From: Candidatus Babeliales bacterium
Lineage (GTDB): Bacteria; Babelota; Babeliae; Babelales; JBFXEV01
Direction of reading: 5' to 3'
DNA: 64,000 bases
Assembly: GCA_050179755.1 (NCBI GenBank)
Contig: JBFXEV010000001.1
Location: 1,449,994-1,513,993 of the forward strand
In this document: positions 58,417-64,000 of the stretch, in pieces
Layout of the letters: the number at the start of each line of letters is the position of its first letter
Position numbering within the stretch: position 1 is the stretch's first letter
Translations under genes and position numbers: made by a program
The notes under the pieces: model-generated
The model's input: the letters and a program-made list of their open reading frames with translations, nothing else
Told to the model about the DNA's origin: nothing
Databases searched by the model: none

Positions 58417-59292
58417 TCACACAAGCTGCACATCATTGCCCAGCAACCAACCGGTGACACTACCATCGGTAACAAGATACCAAGTATCATGAATTGCACG
58501 AATCTCAACTTCTTGGCCTCTTTGCAAGGCGGCCTTCACTCGTGCTTGAGAATTTTTATTTACGAATACCGCTGTATCACGCAGAACAAAACCCATTAAG
58601 CGATTTTGCTCTGTATAGCGTACCATCAAAAGGGCTGCTACCACAAGTAGCAAAACGGACCAAGCCATAATAAATATCCAATTGCGCCGCTTATACCAGG
58701 TAACTAAGAATAGTCCCAACGCAAGCACCACAAAAAATACTAGTTGCCAAATTTTGAAAGGAATAAAACGCATATATAAATCAATACGTTTAAGAAAAGC
58801 GTATACTCTTGTTTCATGGAAAACTCCGCCATGCTCTTGCTGCACGCTAGCAACACGCTCTTGAAGCATAGTATAATCACGCAATGTAACAAAACGCTGC
58901 GCACGGCGCCAATTCACTAACGCTTCAGGAAATAATCCAAGCGCATATGCTGCATTACCTTTATTAATAAGTAGCTCTGGATTACGCGTTGAAATACTTT
59001 TATATAACTCATATGCTTTTTTAATATCACCTTGTTCATATAATTTATTTGCTTGCAGGTATCGTTCTTGAGCAGGAGGTTCACCAAATAACGATCCAAT
59101 AAAAACAATAGAAATAAATAGCACTATCAGCTCATAGACCCTTCGATTCATTCTACTTAGCTGAAGCTTGGTAGAACACTCCCAGCTTACGCATAAAGTC
59201 CGCTCATCCTGAGCGAGCATAGCGAGTTGAAGGACGGCGGGCGCGGCAGGGTGAGCGGGATATATTCTTCTTACCATAAACCAGTTCATCAT
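58417..59292 (-). CDS. BatE-like TPR/SH3 membrane protein, with in-frame repeat in its N-terminus
   Basis: TPR (NKGNAAYALG), 2 TM, C-terminal SH3-like domain (WYLV...GW); ATGA-coupled to batD; alternative start at 59151. Confidence 0.75.
   Translation of the reverse strand: MMNWFMVRRIYPAHPAAPAVLQLAMLAQDERTLCVSWECSTKLQLSRMNRRVYELIVLFISIVFIGSLFGEPPAQERYLQANKLYEQGDIKKAYELYKSISTRNPELLINKGNAAYALGLFPEALVNWRRAQRFVTLRDYTMLQERVASVQQEHGGVFHETRVYAFLKRIDLYMRFIPFKIWQLVFFVVLALGLFLVTWYKRRNWIFIMAWSVLLLVVAALLMVRYTEQNRLMGFVLRDTAVFVNKNSQARVKAALQRGQEVEIRAIHDTWYLVTDGSVTGWLLGNDVQLV
59139..59258. repeat. Composite family A palindromic repeat inside a coding sequence
   Basis: CCCTTCGA..CACTCCCAGCTTACGCATAAAGTCCGCTCATCCTGAGC..TTGAAGGACGGCGGGC..CAGGGTGAGCGG. 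Confidence 0.85.
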
Positions 59293-61031
59293 AACGTTTT
59301 CTCAAATAGTGCAAGCCATCGTTCAGCTTGATTAAAAATATCGGCAGGTGGAATTTGCGCCGCATCAAAAAAAGCATATGTCTGTAAAGTAGTACTATAC
59401 TGTTGCCATTGTCTAACCGTATCTTCTGGAATGTGTGTTTCTTTTAACCAAACTTGCATATCAGAATCCAACACTTGCGAAGATGCAATACCACGGCGAT
59501 CAGCAAATAAATCAATAAAAATACTATAAAGCTCACGTGCATTGCGTTCCCGCCGTGCCATAATTAATCTTTTTTGCGCTCTATGAAATGATGCTCGCGA
59601 ACGCAAATAATTTTGATTACGTAGTTTATAATTACGCCACCAATATAATCCCCATTGCATTGCAATGCCTAACAGTATCAATAAAATAACCATCCAGAAT
59701 ACAAAATCAGAAAAACCAGTATCCACGCGAAACTCGGCAGATCCTTGCGCATAAAGCGGAAATAGTGCTGCGGGCACAGCATTATTAAGTTGTGCTGGTT
59801 GGTCTACACGTGCAGCTGGTTTTTGAGCTCCGTTTGCAGCATTGTCAGACATAATAGTAAGCGTAATCGGTTCTGATGTTAACTCTTTAAATTGCTTATC
59901 GTGTGGATCATAAAAGGTAAATGTTTGGGCAGGAATTGTAAGCGTGCCGGGCTCGCGTGATTGTATAATATACTCAAAACTTTTACGCTGCGTGCTCACC
60001 AATTGATTTTTATTCTGTGCTAACGTGCTTTTTGAATCATATGAGGTCAGCGAGGGTGGCAACTTAAGTGCTGGATGAGCAAGTTCCTTAAGAGCAGCAT
60101 TACCATCAAGTGCCAACGTATAGACTATGCCCTCACCCTGTTTTGCCGTTGTTTGATTAACCGATGCTTCAAGTTGTGTAAATGTGCCTACCGCATTAAC
60201 TTCGCCTTTGTGTAACGGCAAGTCGGTTACTTTAAGCTTTACTGCATTTGAATCAGTTTCATATTGTTGCATGCCAAACGCAAAATGATCCGATAATAAT
60301 TGAAAAATATGCGTGCGTTCTCGCGCTTTCATAGTATAAACGGCATGCGCAGGACCTATAGTAAACGTGCCTACTTCTTTTGCAAGCATATCTCCTTGCC
60401 ATTCAATATACTCGTAGAGTGCACCCTCAATCTCCTGTGATCCTCGTGTGGGTCCAACTAATGGGCTTACCAAAAAGCCTTCAATTTTTGGCGGTTCAAT
60501 TGAAGAAAGCTGAGATAAACCCAGATGATAAAATCGAAGCGTAAGAGCAATTGTTTGCCCAACAACTATTTGCTCTTCTGGCATGCGTAATTCAAGCCAT
60601 GGTTCTGTGCGAGTAACTCGCTCTACTGGCTCTTGCTCCACTTTTATTTGCACAGCATTAGAAGAATACAAATCACCATTAATGGTAACTGTTGCAGGGC
60701 CAAGCGTAAAAGTTCCTACTTCTTTCGCTCGAACAACATATTGAAAACTTGTTTGCTGCGACGTAACGCCATTAATTGAATTCATGCTCGTTGTAGTGCC
60801 TTGATTGCGCACATCAAATACCGATGGAGATTCAAGAAACACTTTACCTGCTGAAGTATTTGTATTAATTGTGACCGTGGCAATAAAAGGCTTGTTAAGC
60901 GCCGCTTCATGAAGAGGCAGTCCTTGCCCAGTTTTTATACTTAATTGTACTGACACAGGATCTTGACCAAACACATAATAACTAGTCAAACAGCATGCTA
61001 TTAAAAATATAAGGTTACCAATTTTTTTCAC
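59289..61031 (-). CDS. BatD-like oxygen tolerance protein
   Basis: Signal peptide, repeated beta domains (GTFTLGPA, AVGTF, GTLTIPA..F.FYDP), C-terminal TM; operon context. Confidence 0.8.
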   Translation of the reverse strand: MKKIGNLIFLIACCLTSYYVFGQDPVSVQLSIKTGQGLPLHEAALNKPFIATVTINTNTSAGKVFLESPSVFDVRNQGTTTSMNSINGVTSQQTSFQYVVRAKEVGTFTLGPATVTINGDLYSSNAVQIKVEQEPVERVTRTEPWLELRMPEEQIVVGQTIALTLRFYHLGLSQLSSIEPPKIEGFLVSPLVGPTRGSQEIEGALYEYIEWQGDMLAKEVGTFTIGPAHAVYTMKARERTHIFQLLSDHFAFGMQQYETDSNAVKLKVTDLPLHKGEVNAVGTFTQLEASVNQTTAKQGEGIVYTLALDGNAALKELAHPALKLPPSLTSYDSKSTLAQNKNQLVSTQRKSFEYIIQSREPGTLTIPAQTFTFYDPHDKQFKELTSEPITLTIMSDNAANGAQKPAARVDQPAQLNNAVPAALFPLYAQGSAEFRVDTGFSDFVFWMVILLILLGIAMQWGLYWWRNYKLRNQNYLRSRASFHRAQKRLIMARRERNARELYSIFIDLFADRRGIASSQVLDSDMQVWLKETHIPEDTVRQWQQYSTTLQTYAFFDAAQIPPADIFNQAERWLALFEKTL

Positions 61032-62202
61032 CAGGCTTCCTTTGCGCTTGAACGTTCATTTTTAGTAATTGTTGTGCAGCTTGTGCATCACGCGCTTCAA
61101 TAAACTGTAATATTTTACCTTCCCGACTATTCTTATCTATGCCATCATCCACAGCAAACGGGTCAGCTTTAACGCCTTGTGCTTTGCCACTAACAGGAGT
61201 ATCTTGTTTAGTAGAGTTTGATTGCTTTTGATTTGGAGAAGCAGCATGATCGAGGCCACCATCTTTTCGTTCGTGATCTTGTATCTCGGGTATCGAGTTT
61301 TCAAGATCATCCCCTCCACGTTGCTCAGAGTTTTTATCAGCATTATCGGGCTTACTTTCTTGCCCTACTTCTTGCCCACCTTGTTTAGTCTTTTTATTGT
61401 TAAAGTCTTGTTTTTTTCTATCATTTTGACTGGATTTTCCATCTTGTGCATTCTTATCTGATTCGGATTCATTATCTTGCTCACCTTGCTCCTGTTGCTC
61501 ACTCGATTGAGAAGCATCTTTGCTTTTTTTACTATCTTTTGATGAATCATTTTGTTGCGCTGACGAATCTTGCTGATTTTCATTTTGCTCGTTATCAGCA
61601 CCATTTTCTTGTTGTTCCTGCGATTCACTAGCGTCTGACTTATTCTTTTCTTGATTCTGGTTATTTTTTTCGTTTGATTGTTTATCTTGTTTGTTTTGAT
61701 TGTTATTCTTTTTTTGATCTTGCTGTTCTTGAGTATCTTGATCTTGTTTTTGCTCTTGATCTTGCTTTTGATTTTGCTGTTGTTCAAGTAGCTTTTTAAT
61801 TTTTTCAATCATTTGGCGAGCTTCTTTATGCTCAGGATCATATTTCAATACTTGTTCATAGCTTTCTATTGCTTCTTGCCACTTTTTTTGTTTAACGTAT
61901 GTATTGCCTAAATCAAACCATGCTTGCAATGCAAGCGATGGGTCAACATCCTGAGCCTTTGCAGCTTGAGTAAAATAAGATGCTGCAGCTTGATATTCGT
62001 GTTGTTGATATGCTGCTTTGCCGGCATTATAATTAAGCTCACCATCATCGGGGTTTTCAGTAAGCAATGCTTCAAACTGCTCAAGAGCACTCGCATAATC
62101 TTGCGTTCGATACGTACCAACTGCCTTGTAAAAATCAAAAAATGCTTCAAGAAAAGCACAATAACTTAAGCACAGCCCTAAGAATAATAATGAAAATCTC
62201 AT
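61015..62202 (-). CDS. BatC-like TPR protein with long Q/N/D/K-rich linker
   Basis: TPRs (YNAGKAAY, FDLGNTY), low-complexity region, C-terminal EKNW. Confidence 0.8.
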   Translation of the reverse strand: MRFSLLFLGLCLSYCAFLEAFFDFYKAVGTYRTQDYASALEQFEALLTENPDDGELNYNAGKAAYQQHEYQAAASYFTQAAKAQDVDPSLALQAWFDLGNTYVKQKKWQEAIESYEQVLKYDPEHKEARQMIEKIKKLLEQQQNQKQDQEQKQDQDTQEQQDQKKNNNQNKQDKQSNEKNNQNQEKNKSDASESQEQQENGADNEQNENQQDSSAQQNDSSKDSKKSKDASQSSEQQEQGEQDNESESDKNAQDGKSSQNDRKKQDFNNKKTKQGGQEVGQESKPDNADKNSEQRGGDDLENSIPEIQDHERKDGGLDHAASPNQKQSNSTKQDTPVSGKAQGVKADPFAVDDGIDKNSREGKILQFIEARDAQAAQQLLKMNVQAQRKPGEKNW

Positions 62203-63203
62203 AACAACCATTCAAGTAAAAAGCACATAAAGCTCATTGCCACAAAATAATAATATTTTTCTTCTAAGCTTGCAACGCGCGTTTGATCAAACGCCTCTTT
62301 TTCAAATTGCACAACGTGATGCACTATTTTTTGTATGTCAGCATCAGAACCGGGCGTCGCATGTACGTATACGCCACCCACATCGCGAGCAAGTGTTTCC
62401 AGAATGCCTTCATTCAAGCGAGACATTACTACTTGCCCACTAGTTTCTTTTTCATACCCATTTTTTTTGCCCTCTTTATCAACTATGGGGACTGGCGCAC
62501 CTTCAAGCGAGCCTACACCCACGGTAAACACGTGCATACCTAAATTACTTGCGCGTGCTTTTATAGCAGAAAGATTAGACGAATAATCTTCACCATCAGT
62601 AAACGCTACAACAAGTCCATGCTTACGGTTTGGCATAGACTCATATACTTGTATTGCTTTAGATAAGGCTTTATCAATAGCGGTGGTTCCTGATGAAATA
62701 GTATTGGCATCTACTTGATCTAAAAATTGACCAAACGCATGTATGTCGTGAGTTAAAGGACAATGCACAAAAGCATCACCCGCAAATAAAATAAGCCCTA
62801 CACGTTCAGTTTTTAATTGCGTAATAAGTTGTTTAATTTTTTCTTTGGCAAAGCTGAGCCGATTTGGTTTAATGTCTTCTGCAAGCATACTGCGTGAAAC
62901 ATCAAGCGCAATAAGCACGTCTCGCCCTTGCTGGTCAATCAGTTCTTCTTTTTCATTCCATTGCGGGCCAAGAAGCGCTATAAAGAGAAACAGCAAGGCA
63001 AGAACCCACAATGCTAATTTTACCAAGCGCAACCAGGGTTGCGCGCCAGAAAGCAATAATGAACGCCGCACAGGGATAACGAGCTGAGTAATACGCTGGC
63101 TTGTTCTATAATAACTATATACCAAAAGCATTGTTGCTATAAAAAAAGCGGCAAACCATACTATATTATGCCAGGCAGCCCACGTAATTCCCGCCATAAT
63201 CAT
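62199..63203 (-). CDS. BatB-like VWA protein
   Basis: DVSRSMLAEDIKPNRL MIDAS, CPLT, TDGED. Confidence 0.9.
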   Translation of the reverse strand: MIMAGITWAAWHNIVWFAAFFIATMLLVYSYYRTSQRITQLVIPVRRSLLLSGAQPWLRLVKLALWVLALLFLFIALLGPQWNEKEELIDQQGRDVLIALDVSRSMLAEDIKPNRLSFAKEKIKQLITQLKTERVGLILFAGDAFVHCPLTHDIHAFGQFLDQVDANTISSGTTAIDKALSKAIQVYESMPNRKHGLVVAFTDGEDYSSNLSAIKARASNLGMHVFTVGVGSLEGAPVPIVDKEGKKNGYEKETSGQVVMSRLNEGILETLARDVGGVYVHATPGSDADIQKIVHHVVQFEKEAFDQTRVASLEEKYYYFVAMSFMCFLLEWLL

Positions 63204-64000
63204 GCCGATACTCCAGACCACACAAACGTACGAACAAAAAGCTCAATAAAGCATAGTGCAAGCAAAAGCCATATAAAAGGAAACAACAAATCATGATATT
63301 TGGTAAATATGGTGGCTTCTACATCAGTCTTTTCAAGTTGATCAATAGTTTCATATACGCGTGCCATATCTTCTGGCTTTTGTGCTTGAAAAAATGCGCC
63401 ACCCGTTTTTTGGGCAATCATGGTAAGCAATCGTTTGTTAATTGCTGAACCAAATTTACCGATACCAAATCGCGGATCTTGCACAAAACCACCATCTTCT
63501 GAACCAATACCTACCGTATATACTTTAATGCCAAGCTTATTGGCAATCGCAACTGCTTCTTCTGGATCTGTATCATATCCTGGTGTAGGTTCACCATCAG
63601 TTAATAAAATAATAATTTTACTCTTTGCCTTAGAACTGCGCAAACGATTTGCCGCAGTAATAAGGGCCACGGAAAGAGCAGTACCACTTGCATCAATAGT
63701 GTCAATTTTTAAATCATTAATAATATTTTTAAGCATCTTTTTATCGAGCGTAAGTGGGCAACGAGACACTGCATATGCGCCAAAAATAACAAGCCCCATA
63801 GGATCATGCTGACGTTTATCCACAAATTTAATTGCTTCTTCTTTGGCAACTTCTATGCGAGATCTTTGATCTTGCAAGTCATCAAATAATCGCATGCTAC
63901 CAGAAACATCCAATACTATCATGATATCAATCCCCTCAACAGTTACTTGCGAATTGGTATCAACCAACTGCGGGCGCGCAATTAAGAATAAACACCCTGC
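63200..64000 (-). CDS. BatA-like VWA protein (5' truncated by window)
   Basis: IARPQ, GIDIMIVLDVSGSM, CPLTLD, LLTDG, IKVYTVGIG; frame open to the window edge. Confidence 0.9.
   Translation of the reverse strand, partial: AGCLFLIARPQLVDTNSQVTVEGIDIMIVLDVSGSMRLFDDLQDQRSRIEVAKEEAIKFVDKRQHDPMGLVIFGAYAVSRCPLTLDKKMLKNIINDLKIDTIDASGTALSVALITAANRLRSSKAKSKIIILLTDGEPTPGYDTDPEEAVAIANKLGIKVYTVGIGSEDGGFVQDPRFGIGKFGSAINKRLLTMIAQKTGGAFFQAQKPEDMARVYETIDQLEKTDVEATIFTKYHDLLFPFIWLLLALCFIELFVRTFVWSGVSA

Noticed and set aside
61365..61808. 147-aa K/I-rich ORF
   Set aside because: Alternative frame of the low-complexity BatC linker.

Overview
AT-rich bacterial chromosomal window with no rRNA, CRISPR array, transposase or prophage visible. 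Gene content and the many signal-peptide orphan proteins suggest a protist-associated bacterium of the Dependentiae/Babelota (TM6) type; this is inference, not a database result. Housekeeping genes include the gyrB 3' end, tilS, mscS, an RluB-type pseudouridine synthase, dnaJ, nurA, sufU, an ABC-2 exporter, sufCBD and sufS, a split PilB/GspE, HU, umuDC, tRNA-Leu, tRNA-Cys, lepB, an M23 peptidase and a batABCDE-like operon. Most notable: (1) the SUF Fe-S operon is interleaved with three giant (1198-1831 aa) secreted Sel1/TPR-like proteins; (2) a polymorphic toxin-like gene is followed by three paralogous immunity-like genes and a toxin-tip relic; (3) a dispersed palindromic repeat family has two copies lying in the same reading frame inside protein N-termini, as Rickettsia RPEs do; (4) nine orphan secreted proteins have predicted mature forms starting with Met, mostly Met-Asp/Glu; (5) there are several degenerate enzymes (M48-like without HExxH, TrxB-like without CxxC). 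Some CDS starts were moved from the ORF track to a better-supported downstream start.
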